From assembly GCF_004010195.1 (NCBI RefSeq), contig NC_057719.1, positions 94,319,893 through 94,353,419 on the forward strand: a DNA stretch of 33,527 bases, in the 5' to 3' direction. The position numbers and the translations under genes were made by a program. Shown here piece after piece: positions 23,000 through 32,834 of this stretch. The notes beneath the pieces were generated by a model that worked only from the letters and a program-made list of their open reading frames with translations, did not search any database and was not told the DNA's origin. This DNA is from Chiloscyllium plagiosum (lineage: Eukaryota). Positions within the stretch are counted from its first letter, which is position 1. The number at the start of each line of letters is the position of its first letter.

Positions 23000-24677
23000 A
23001 GGAGTTGGGAAGTACAGATTGGGAGCAGTAGTTCCACAGAAAGGCCACAGCAGACATGTGGAGACTGTTTAAGGAGCAGTTGTTGTGAGTGATGCACAAA
23101 TTTGTTCCTCAGAGACAGGTAAGAAGGGGTAAGATTAAGGAACCATGGATGACAAGAACAGAGGAGCTTCTCGTCCAAAGGAAGAAGGTAGCTTCTGCAA
23201 GGTGGAGGAAGCACTGATCTAGCACAGTTTTAGAGGATTATAAGCTTGCTAGAAAGGAGCTTAGAAATGGACTGAGGAGAGCCAGGAAGGGGCACGACAA
23301 ATGCTTGGCAAGAAGGATTATGGAGAACCCAAATGCATTTTACTCATACGTGAGGAATAAGAGAATGATCAGGGAGAAGGTAGGGCCGATCAGGGATAGC
23401 GGAGGGAACTTGTGCGTGGAATCTGAGCAGATAGGGGAAGCCCTAAATGAGTTTTTTGCTTCAGTTTTCACTAAGGAAAGGGACCTTGTTGTGAATGAGA
23501 ACTTCGAGGAGCTGGGATACAGTCTTGAACAGATCAAGGTTGATGAAGTTGATGTGCTGGAAATTTTGGCAAACATTAAGATTGCTAAGTCCCCAGGGCC
23601 AGACCAGATTTATCTTCAGCAGCTCCGGGAAGCGAGAAAGGAGATTGCTAAGCTGCTGGTGAAGATCTTTGCTTCCTCACTCTCCATTGGAGTCGTACCC
23701 GGGGATTGGAAGGAGGCGAATGTTGTTCCTCTTTTCAAGAAGGGTAATAGGGAAATCCCTGGCAATTACAGACCAGTCAGTCTTACGTCTGTGGTCAGCA
23801 CGGTTTTGCAAAGAATTCTGAAGGATAGGATTTATGACTATTTGGAAAAGCATAGTGTGATTAAAGACAGTCAGCATGGCTTTGTGAGGGGCAGATCATG
23901 CCTCCCAAATCTTACTGAGTTCTTTGAGGAGGTGACTAGACAGATCGATGAAAGTCGAGCAGTGGACTTCAGCAAGGCATTTGATAAGGTTCCCCATGGT
24001 AGGCTCATTCATAAAGTCAGCAGGTATAGGATACAGGGAGATTTGGCTATCTGGATTCACAATTGGTTGGCTGACAGAAGGCAGAGAGTGCTTGTAGATG
24101 GAAAGTATTCTGGCTGGATGTCAGTGGTGAGTGGTGTCCCGCAGGATTCTGTTCTTGGGCCCCTGCTCTTTGTAGTTTTTAATAAATGACTTAGGATGAG
24201 GAGGTGGGTTAATAAATTTGCAGATGACACAAAGGTTGGAGGTGCTGTCGATAGTATCGAGGGCTATTGCAGGCTACAGCATGAAATAGACAGTATGCAG
24301 AGCTGGGCTAAAAAAATGGCAGATGGAGTTCAACCTGAATAAATGTGAAGTGATGCGTTGCCAGCAGTGGTGGTGGAGGTAAAGTCATTAGGGACATTTA
24401 AGCGACTGCTGGACATGCACATGGATCGCAATGAATTGAGGGGTGCGTAGGTTAGGTTATTTTATTTTACATTAAGATTAATCCTCCACACAACGGGCCT
24501 GTTCTGTGCTGTACTTTGCTATGTTCTATGTCGTCTATGTGTTACACTTTCTTTGATTGCAGGGGAGGGTACTATCGGGGTGTGGGAAGTGTTGGGAGTA
24601 AGCAAAGAATGGACCAGGATGTCCCAAAGAATGGTCCCTGCTGAAGGCTGACAAGAGGTGTCTGGTGGTGGCGTCTT

Positions 24678-24980
24678 AACAAAGAAAACTTACAGCCCAG
24701 GAACAGGCCCTTCGGCCCTCCAATCCTGTGACGATCCAAATCCACTGTCTGAACCTATTGCCCAGTTCCTAAGGATCTGTATCTTTCTGCTCCCCATCTA
24801 CTCATTAATCTATCCAGATGCACCTTAAATGAATCTAACATGCCTGCCTCTACTACCTCTGCTGGCAACGCGTTCCAGGCAACTACTGCCTTCTGTGTAA
24901 AGTACTTTCTGTGTGTCTTCCTCTTAAACTTTTCTCCTCTCACCTTGAGCGCATGGCTTCTCGTTATTGAATCCCTCACT
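24678..24980 (-). mobile_element. CR1 3' fragment inserted in the antisense PLE
   Basis: Minus ORF ITRSHALKVRGEKF...YFTQKAVVAWNALP...SFKVHLDR. Confidence 0.85.
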
Positions 24981-25080
24981 TGCAAGAGGTGGCAGAGATG
25001 GCATCCTATGGATATGGATGCTGGTGGGATGGTAGGTGAGGGCAAGGGAAATCCTACTGCTGTTGCCGAAAGAAAGAGGG

Positions 25081-25272
25081 GATTAGATTAGATTAGATTA
25101 CTTACAGTGTGGAAACAGGCCCTTCGGCCCAACAAGTCCGCACCGCCCCGCCGAAGCGCAACCACCCATACTCCTACATTTACCCTTTACCTAACACTAC
25201 GGGCAATTTAGCATGGCCAATTCACCTGACCTGCACATCTTTGGACTGTAGGAGGAAACCGGAGCACCCGGA
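25081..25272 (-). mobile_element. 5'-truncated HE1 SINE
   Basis: (GATTA)4 tail, GGAAACAGGCCCTTCGGCCCAACAAGTCC and GGAAACCGGAGCACCCGGAG. Confidence 0.88.
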
Positions 25273-25944
25273 GTTGAGAGCCAAAGTGCAGGAGATAGGT
25301 TGAAAGCCCTGTTAACCACAGTGCTGGGGAATCCTCATTTGAGAAAGAAAGTGGACATTTTAAAGCCCCCTTTTTTGAAGTTGGCATCATCAGAACATGC
25401 AACAGGGTTGGAGGAACTGGGGGAATGGAATATTCTTTACAGAAAGCTGGATGTGAGGATGTATAGTCAAGGTAACTGTGGGAGTCGGTTGATTTGTGGA
25501 TATCGGTGGCCAGCCTATCTCCAGAAATGGAAACAGAGATGTTGAGGACTCAGGAATGGACCAGGTGAAGGTGAGAGCAGGATGGAAATTGGATGTGAAA
25601 TTGATAAACTTTTCCAATTCCAGACAAGAGAAGGAAGCAGAACTAATGACATCAATATATCCGAGAAACCGCCGTGGGTGGGGGCTAGTGTAGGACTGGA
25701 ACAAGGAACGTTTAACATACCCCACAAAGTGACAGGCATAACTAGGGTCCATGAGAGTACCCATGGCCATATCTTTGATCTGGAGAGAGTGAGAGGAGTT
25801 AAAAGAGAAGTTGTTCAAAGTGAGGATGAGCTCAACCAGACAGAGGAGAGTGGTAGTGAGTGGAGACTGTTCAGGTCTTCTTCCAGGAAGAAGTGGAGAG
25901 CCCTGACACTATCTTGATGGGGGAATGAACTTGTAATGGGCTTG

Positions 25945-26147
25945 GAGCTGAAAGATGTGTTGCTGGAAAAGCGCAGCAGGTCAGGCAGCATCAAAGGAGC
26001 AGGAGAATCGATGTATAGGTTCCTGAAGAAGGGCTTATACCCGAAACATCAACTCTCCTGCTCCATTGATGCTGCCTGACCTGCGTTTTTCCAGCAACAC
26101 ATTTTTCAGCTCTGATCTCCAGCATCTGCAGACCTCACTTTCTCCTC
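25945..26147 (+). mobile_element. Palindromic Penelope-derived insertion (family A), ~15-bp TSD
   Basis: CTTGTAATGGGCTTG (25930-25944) vs CTTGTACTGGGCCTG (26148-26162). Inverted arms and a mutated hammerhead at 26023-26050. Confidence 0.85.
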
Positions 26148-26629
26148 CTTGTACTGGGCCTGCACATCCATGGTAAAGAGGAGGTGGCTGGAGGCTACAA
26201 ACTGGAAATTCTGAAACTGATGTAAAACTTCTGAGGAGTTGCAGATGAAAGTAGGAAGGGACTGGACAAGGAGTCTCTTTGTGAGAAAAGAAATATTCTA
26301 GTATTATCCCTTGATATATGCTTCTAATTAAGCAAGTAATACACCTTGATTAAAAATCGCGATTTTAACGTACAGATACTTCAGCAATGTTTGAGGAAGT
26401 AGCCAGAGAAGGATGACATTGAGTAAAGAAAGTAAATCTACTGACAATGTCTTAACTTTGCTGGTATTTTAAATTTTTATTTATTTTCTTTTCAGATTTC
26501 CAGCATCCACAGTATTTAGCTTCAGGATGTAACCCCTACCTTAACTCTCTAATCCTTCAGTAGATGTTAGTATGAATATAAGAGCAAAGTTTGTGGTCTT
26601 CAGTGGGTAGTCTTTGTGAACTGGCTATT

Positions 26630-27120
26630 TGATTAGATAAAATGGAGTCATTGTAGCTCAAAAGGATGACCATTTAACCAATTGAGTCTTTGCTGATTCT
26701 CGACAGAACAATCATATCAGTCCCACTCTGACCCCTACCCTGTAATTGTATTTCACTCAAGTGCACATTCAGTTGCCTTTTGAAATCATTCATCATCTCT
26801 CTTTCCACCACTCTTGTAAGCATGAGTTCAAATTCCATTAGCACCTGTTCATAACAATATTCTTCCTCACATCCTCCCCAACTCTCTTGCACCAAACTTT
26901 AAATTTGTGTCCTCCAGCTCTTGCATTGTCAGTTAATAGGAACTGTTTCCCTTTGAGAATCTTTTCAAAATGTGTCATAATTCTGTATGCCTCAATCAGA
27001 TCTTTCTTCAATCTCCTTTACTCAAAGGAGAACAACCCCAGCTTGTCCAACTTAATGTTGTAACTAACATTTCCATTCTTCAGAACATTCTGGTATATAT
27101 CTTTTGCATTCTTTTCAAGG
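26630..27120 (-). mobile_element. Old, highly decayed CR1 3' fragment
   Basis: Decayed C-terminal motifs in the minus frame (RVVEREMMNDFKRQLNVHL). CAAAGGAGAACAACCCCAGCTTGTCC corresponds to the LGLFSLE region. Confidence 0.6.
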
Positions 27121-28167
27121 ACTGTCTCAAATGGATTTGTTTGTCTGTCCATCTTCATTTGTGGATGGAAGGATGCTGACCAGTTAATTCTGTAATTGAC
27201 AAGATTTTACTTTTAAACTGATTAATAAACATAGGCCAAATTTAAACTAATGTGACATGGTTTCAGGAACAGGAATTTTAAAAGTTCACAGTTTCAACAA
27301 GTAGTATGAAACCCCATTGAAGATCTGTCCTGACTGCTTCATTTAACACTGGCTCAGCCATTACTAGGAACAATGTGAAGTGAAATTTCAAGCTTTGTGT
27401 GACAATTCTTTACTAATATTCAAATGTGGCTGATAGTTGAATAAAAGTAAATAAATAGCAGATGCTGGGAATTGTCAGCAGATGCTGCACATCTTTTTGG
27501 GCGTTTGTGAACAGAATTCTGATTATGTGCATTTCTGTTTGAAGAACTCAATTTCTCTGTCAAGAAAGTGGCATGCAATTGATAATTATGGTTTGTTGGT
27601 CCAACAATGCTCTGTTTCTAAAGCTATGGAACTTCTCTCGACTATTTTAATTTTCTTTTCTTTCTTTCCTTCTTTCTCTCTTGCTCTCTCTCTAGATAAA
27701 GAGTAAGCAGCTTCATGTAGTGTCTGTACAGACACTCACAGGCAGAAATGCTCAAGACTAGTATCACAATGTGCTGAAGAGTTAATGGCTTAAAGCTTGC
27801 AGTAAAGCACTGCAACATCTCTTTTAACCTTGCACGATTGTTATTGTTGTCATTTACAGCATTGAAGAATCAATAGACATTTATTACAACTAGCTATTGT
27901 GTACAAACATTACATTCACAGGCATATCAGTGCCTGGGCTAAAGCTAAGAAAGTAGCTTACAACTGAGCAGTATGCTTCCGGTAGAGTAAGCTTCAAATA
28001 ATCTCAGGGAAGTTGGGGTCTGAGACCATTATACCCTCAGGTCAATACAGTCATGCAATCATGATATCATGAGCATATTTCTTAAAAACATACTGACCAT
28101 GAAAAGTAGCATAACACTTTCCTCCTTATTTCATTTCCTTGTTTAACATCAGTGATCTAAGTACTTC

Positions 28168-28275
28168 CAGATCTGAAGAAGGGTTATTAATCTGAAATAT
28201 GAAATGTTTCTTTCTCTCCAATGTTGGCAGATTTGCTGAATATTTCTAGCATTTTCAGTTTCTGTCTTGGAGTTT
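28168..28275 (+). mobile_element. Old Penelope pLTR remnant (family C)
   Basis: CTGAAGAAGGGTTATTAATCTGAAATATG...TTGCTGAATATTTCTAGCATTTTC. Confidence 0.55.
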
Positions 28276-28399
28276 TATCAGTAATATTCTTACAACAAGA
28301 TACATTGTTGTAATTATTGACAACAAGCCAACTTAATTCCTCTTTGTTAAGCAATCCTTAGCTTTGAGGATAACTTGCTCTGAGTCTAATTCCTCCTTG

Positions 28400-28612
28400 G
28401 AGACAGTGAGGTCTGCAGAAGCTGGAGATCAGAGTTGAGAGTGTGTTGCTGGAAAACCACAGCAGATCAGGCAGCATTTGAGGAGCAGGAAAATTGATGT
28501 TTCGGGCCGGAGCCCTCATTCCTGATGAAGGGCTCCGGCCTGAAACGTCGATTTTTCCTGCTTCTAGGATACTGCCTGACCTGCTGTGCTTTTCCAGCAA
28601 CACACCCTCAAC
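28400..28612 (-). mobile_element. Palindromic Penelope-derived insertion (family A), 15-bp TSD
   Basis: TSD TCTAATTCCTCCTTG at 28385-28399 and 28613-28627. Plus-strand hammerhead CTGATGA-A-GGGC-TCCG-GCCT-GAAAC-GTC at 28522-28549. Confidence 0.9.
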
Positions 28613-28931
28613 TCTAATTCCTCCTTGCTTTGAGTCTAATTCTGTGGGTCCTGAGATGACTCACAAGTTCGATATGAGATCTGAAAACTCTTACCACATG
28701 TGGGACGGGTGGTGCTTTGAGTGGATGGATCATTTGGAGGTTTTTGTGCACCCTCCAATGCCTCGACTTTACCTCTGCACATTCACAACGAAGTCTGATG
28801 ATATGTTCAGACTGGGAATTTGCCTTCCTAAACAATTCTGTAATTGTTTTAGTAATTGTAACGGGCAAGAATTTAAGTAATATTTAAAGCCAGGGTTGGC
28901 TGATAGAAATTTAACAGTGAGAGGGCATTGG

Positions 28932-29045
28932 AGGGGCACAGTGGCTCAGTGGTTAGCACTGCTACCTCTCAGCATCAGGGACCCAGGTTCGATTCCTGCC
29001 TCCGGTGACTGTCTGTGTGGAGTCTGCACATTCTCCCCGTGTCTG
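28932..29045 (+). mobile_element. HE1 SINE 5' portion with intact Pol III A and B boxes
   Basis: TGGCTCAGTGG (A box), GGTTCGATTCC (B box) and the start of the V domain. Confidence 0.88.
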
Positions 29046-29049
29046 TGTG

Positions 29050-29570
29050 GAAGTGGTGGAGGCTGGTACAATTACAGCATTTAATCATAATCTAGTCGCC
29101 GTGGTGATTAGATTAGATTCCCTACAGTGTGGAAACAGGCCCTTCGGCCCAACCACTCCACACCGACCCTCTGAAGAGTAACCCACCCAGACCAATTTCC
29201 CTCTGACTAATGCACCTAATACTATGGACAATTTAGCACGGCCAATTCACCTAACCCGCACATCTTTGGACTGTGGGAGGAAACCCACACAGACACAGGG
29301 AGAATGTGCAAACTCCACACAGACAGTTGCCCGAGGCTGGAATCGAACCTGAGAACCTGGTGCTGTGAGGCAGCAGTGCTAACCACTGAGCCACTGTGTC
29401 TCTCTGAAAGGCATTTGGATGTGTATATGAATAGGAAGGGTTTAGAGAGATATGGGCCAAATGCTGGTAAATGGGACTGGATTAATTTAGGATATCTGGT
29501 CGGCAGGAACAAGTTGGACCAAAGGGTCTGTTTCCGTGCTGTACAACTCTATGACCCTATGATTCTATTT
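29050..29570 (+). mobile_element. CR1 3' tail interrupted by an antisense HE1
   Basis: GAAGTGGTGGAGGCTGGTACAATTACAGCATTTAA resumes at about 29407 as AAAGGCATTTGGAT...CTATGACCCTATGATTCTA. Same family as 1-384. Confidence 0.85.
29106..29402 (-). mobile_element. Near full-length HE1 SINE
   Basis: (GATTA)n tail, V domain, and reverse-complement B box (GGAATCGAACC) and A box (CCACTGAGCCA). Confidence 0.92.
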
Positions 29571-29781
29571 TAAATGTTCTTTCCTCATGCTTTTGATTCC
29601 TGACCAGTTTATTATTTTTCTCGCTCAAATAAAAATCAATATATCTGCTAACTTCGGCAAATTTATTCTCTGCCACAGAGATTTATGAATTTGAGATTTT
29701 ATTCTGCACAGAGCTGTGAGCAAATGTCAGATGATTTTTCATTTTCTCTAGTGTGTCCTTCAAAAAGCGAATTGCATAGGT

Positions 29782-29935
29782 GATTAGATTAGATTAGATT
29801 CTCTACAGTGTGGAAACAGGCCCTTCGGGCCAACTAGTCCACACCGACCCTCTGAAGAGTAACCCACCCAGACCCATTCCCCCTAACTAACTCTAACTCT
29901 ACGGGCAATTTAGCATGACCAATTCACCTAACCTT
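29782..29935 (-). mobile_element. HE1 SINE 3' fragment
   Basis: (GATTA)n plus GTGTGGAAACAGGCCCTTCGG...GGGCAATTTAGCATG. Confidence 0.85.
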
Positions 29936-30263
29936 ATTAGTTTAAATCTTTTTGGTGGCTGAGTAGTGATTGCTACCAACTTACTGTTTTCTGACTTTGC
30001 GAAGTTATGGTTTGACAAGCCCTCTCTTTATTTCTGCCTCTGTGTGGAAGCTGGCTTTTCTCTTTTGTTGTAGTGATAGAACTCGCTCACTGAGTGAATG
30101 CATTAAATAGTACATAAGCCACTTTGTTCTTAATCTCTTGTGTCATCAACAAAATTATTTTTCAACTGTCAAAGCTGAAAAAAAGCATTCTTCTACAGTT
30201 CCAATGATGTTTTCAAGATATTATTTTATTTACAGTCATTTCAAAAATCTGTAAGTTCATAAA

Positions 30264-30573
30264 CTGAAAAATGTGTTGCTGGAAAAGCGCAGCAGGTCAG
30301 GCAGCATCCAAGGAACAGGAGAATCGNNNGTTCCCGACATCTCCGCCCCCACCCCCTCTCCGGCCTATCACCCTCATCTTAACCTCCTTCCACCTATCGC
30401 ATTCCCAACACCCCTCCCCCTCCTCCCTCCTCCCTATCTTTTATCTTAGCCTGCTTGGCACACCCTCCTCATTCCTGAAGAAGGGCTTATGCCCGAAACT
30501 TCGATTCTGCTGCGCTTTTCCAGCAACACATTTTTCAGCTCTGATCTCCAGCATCTGCAGTCCTCACTTTCTC
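30264..30573 (+). mobile_element. Palindromic Penelope-derived insertion (family A), 15-bp TSD, contains NNN
   Basis: TSD CTGTAAGTTCATAAA at 30249-30263 and 30574-30588. C-rich pLTR, hammerhead-like motif at 30475-30502 (GAAAC-TTC variant), Ns at 30327-30329. Confidence 0.88.
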
Positions 30574-32299
30574 CTGTAAGTTCATAAAGTAAATATTAAG
30601 CTTATGAAGCATTGCTGCAGTTATTAGACAAATTTTCTTTGACTTTCTTCATTCAGCACATGTAATATTTCAGTTTAAGATGAATGTGTTATTTTTTCAA
30701 TTTTAAAATGATCCTAATCATAAGATAACTGTGAAAGTGCATCTTCATTTATACCAAACTTTAAAATGCATCTTGAATTACATTTATCTCTAGTGTTTTG
30801 CTTTGATATAATCTGACCATTCTAATGATTTAATTTTGAAGAAGACTAGTAAAAATATTTTGGAGAAACAATTAATATCAAGTATCTGTTCAAACCTTAA
30901 GGATGCAGTGAAAATCGAAATTTAATGGAGTTTGCTTTCATTCTTACAAATTGCTTGGATCTCTTGCATTGCTGAATTTTGTCTTTTTTTTGTAGATCTC
31001 AATAAAAGAGGTAACCAAGTGTTTAGTGGCTACATCATTTCAATTCCAAACATAGCTGTTTATACAGATGGATTTTGCTTTCAGCAGTTGAGTCATGTCT
31101 GAGGTTTAGATTCAAACTGTGAGAATTCTGCTTAGTGGTGACCCTTAACAGCTGTCAGGGAGGGGAGAGGCACTAAACCAGATCTCCTTGAGAACAAATA
31201 TTCATTTTCTTTGGCCTGAATTTGAACTCCAGTGTCTATTGGGATAACAGGATGTTGCAGAATAATATGTTTTTCCTCTGCATTGAAATAAAATTCAGTA
31301 TCATGTCAATTCAAATCATTTGATACTGTAGCATCTCAGTTGATTTTACATAGTATGATATTAGAGTGGCTCAAATTGCTCAATGTTATTGTGGGAGTCT
31401 ACTGTTAACTATCTGCCATAAGCAAAATGCAACCTTTAATGAAGATAGAATAACATGAATATTAGAAACTGCTTTCATAAATTCTCTGAAGGGCTACAAC
31501 AATTTTTCAAGGACTTAAAACTACACTGATTAATGTTTGATGTGAGATCAAATGGTTTGCAAGTAATTATGACTCCAAACAAATGAGGATTCGATTTAAC
31601 CTCATCTTCCTTATTTTGTATTTCTATGTCTTCACAGTTGTAGTCCATATCTAAGGGCAAGACAGATATTTGATCTTGGAACTTTCCCATTAAAGTAATT
31701 CAGCCAACTATGAAATGATGCATAGCATGGCGTGGATTGACCTTTCCCTTGCTCCTCAGGAAGTGCCTTGCTTGTTTCAAAACAATGCGCTTTGGAGTCT
31801 ACTTTATCAATTATTTCCTTTTTTTTAATCACTCCTTTTCATAATTCTGCTCATAACCACCCGAAAGGCCTGGTGGTTCTTTGCCAATAATAGAAATCAG
31901 CTGTTTGTATTATGACAGTTGAGTTACAGGGCAAAAGAACCTAAGGATGGCTTTCCCATGACAATAGTGATTTGGAACTTCTATCATCAAGTTAGTTAAT
32001 ACTCCAAAGAGCTCTACCCCATTGGATTTCACATTTGATTTAATACAGATGCAGACTTAATGAGGTTCACTTGTAGAACAAAATGCTATTTCTAGTGACT
32101 TGTGTCTAATTTTTTTTTCAGTCTGTTTGTTCTGAAGATGTTGCTGACACTGAAAAACATTGTACTTATCATCTATTCTTGGTTCTCAACCCCATAGTGT
32201 GAAACTCCAGTTAGATACTGGCCAGGCAGGATGTCTGGATTTGGTGTACTTGACACAGCACAGCCATGATGATATTCTCCTTCTTGCCTTACATGATTC

Positions 32300-32685
32300 T
32301 GACTGTCAACCCTAGCTATATCTGTCATAATGTCTTAAATTTCTATCAAGTCTCCCTGCAGCCTCTGATGGTTCAGAAAAAAATATCCCTAGTCTATCCA
32401 ACCTCTCTTATAGCTCTTATCCTCAAATCCCGGAAGCATCCTGGTAAAAACCAGAACAACTGTTGATGCTGTGTAAATCAGAAACAAAAACAGAAATTGC
32501 TGGAAAAACTCAGGTCCGGCAGCAACTAGTTCTGAGGAAGGATCACTGTACCTGAAATGTTAATTCTGATTGGTCTTCACAGATGCTGTCAGACCTGCTG
32601 AGCTTAACCAGCAATTTCTGTTTTAGCATCCTGGTAAACTTCTTCTACACTGTCTCCAAAACCCCCACAACCTTCCTGTAGTTTT
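32300..32685 (-). mobile_element. Old CR1 3' fragment
   Basis: The reverse complement gives decayed LETV*KKFTRMLPGF...ERLDRLG...RLQGDLIEI. Confidence 0.65.
32449..32624 (-). mobile_element. Old palindromic Penelope-derived insertion (family C), 14-bp TSD
   Basis: TSD AGCATCCTGGTAAA at 32435-32448 and 32625-32638. Inverted arms and a decayed hammerhead AGTT-CTGAGGA...GAAATGTT-AATT at 32528-32565. Confidence 0.85.
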
Positions 32686-32834
32686 TACAAACACATGATA
32701 TGCAATTCACACATAATAATCCCATGGTCCTTCCGAGGTCCAATAATTTGTCTTTTGGTCAAATTGATCAGGACAATTTGCAATAATACTAATGTAAGGG
32801 GAAACTAACACTTATACTGTAGGAAAATGCTGAT

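Larger units (their letters stand above)
20122..24540 (+). mobile_element. Near full-length CR1 LINE (5' UTR repeats, ORF1, ORF2 APE + RT, 3' tail), inactive
   Basis: Contains ORF1 and ORF2 motifs: FNTRSVRNK, GGVALLI, GDFNFPNIDW, SDHN, KSPGPD, NYRPVSLTS, DFSKAFDKVPH, GVPQDSVLGP and FADDTK. Several stops and frameshifts, a deletion at about 24357, and a CTATGTTCTATG tail. Confidence 0.93.
19218..26272 (-). mobile_element. Fragmented Penelope-like retroelement (RT + GIY-YIG endonuclease + pLTR) split by five insertions
   Basis: The minus strand gives, in order: LVQSLP...LLFTMDV (RT motif, about 26165-26270), QIKDMAMG...GYIDV...FHPALTFTWSI (25560-25818), linker pieces at 24540-24677, 24980-25080 and 25273+, FTCTSINLIYCIRCSQCGLLNIG (GIY-YIG, about 19780-19850), and a family C pLTR at about 19218-19320. 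Confidence 0.85.

Noticed and set aside
26470..26522. Pyrimidine tract plus CAG as a splice acceptor
   Set aside because: The sequence matches a Penelope 3' tail (CAGATTTCCAGCATC), and no good donor follows.
28932..29005. tRNA gene
   Set aside because: The A and B boxes are followed by the V-SINE core, so this is a SINE head.
19860..30579. Recurrent small ORFs MCCWKSAAGQAA... / MLPDLLCFSS... as a peptide family
   Set aside because: These are translations of the repeated pLTR arm, not host genes.
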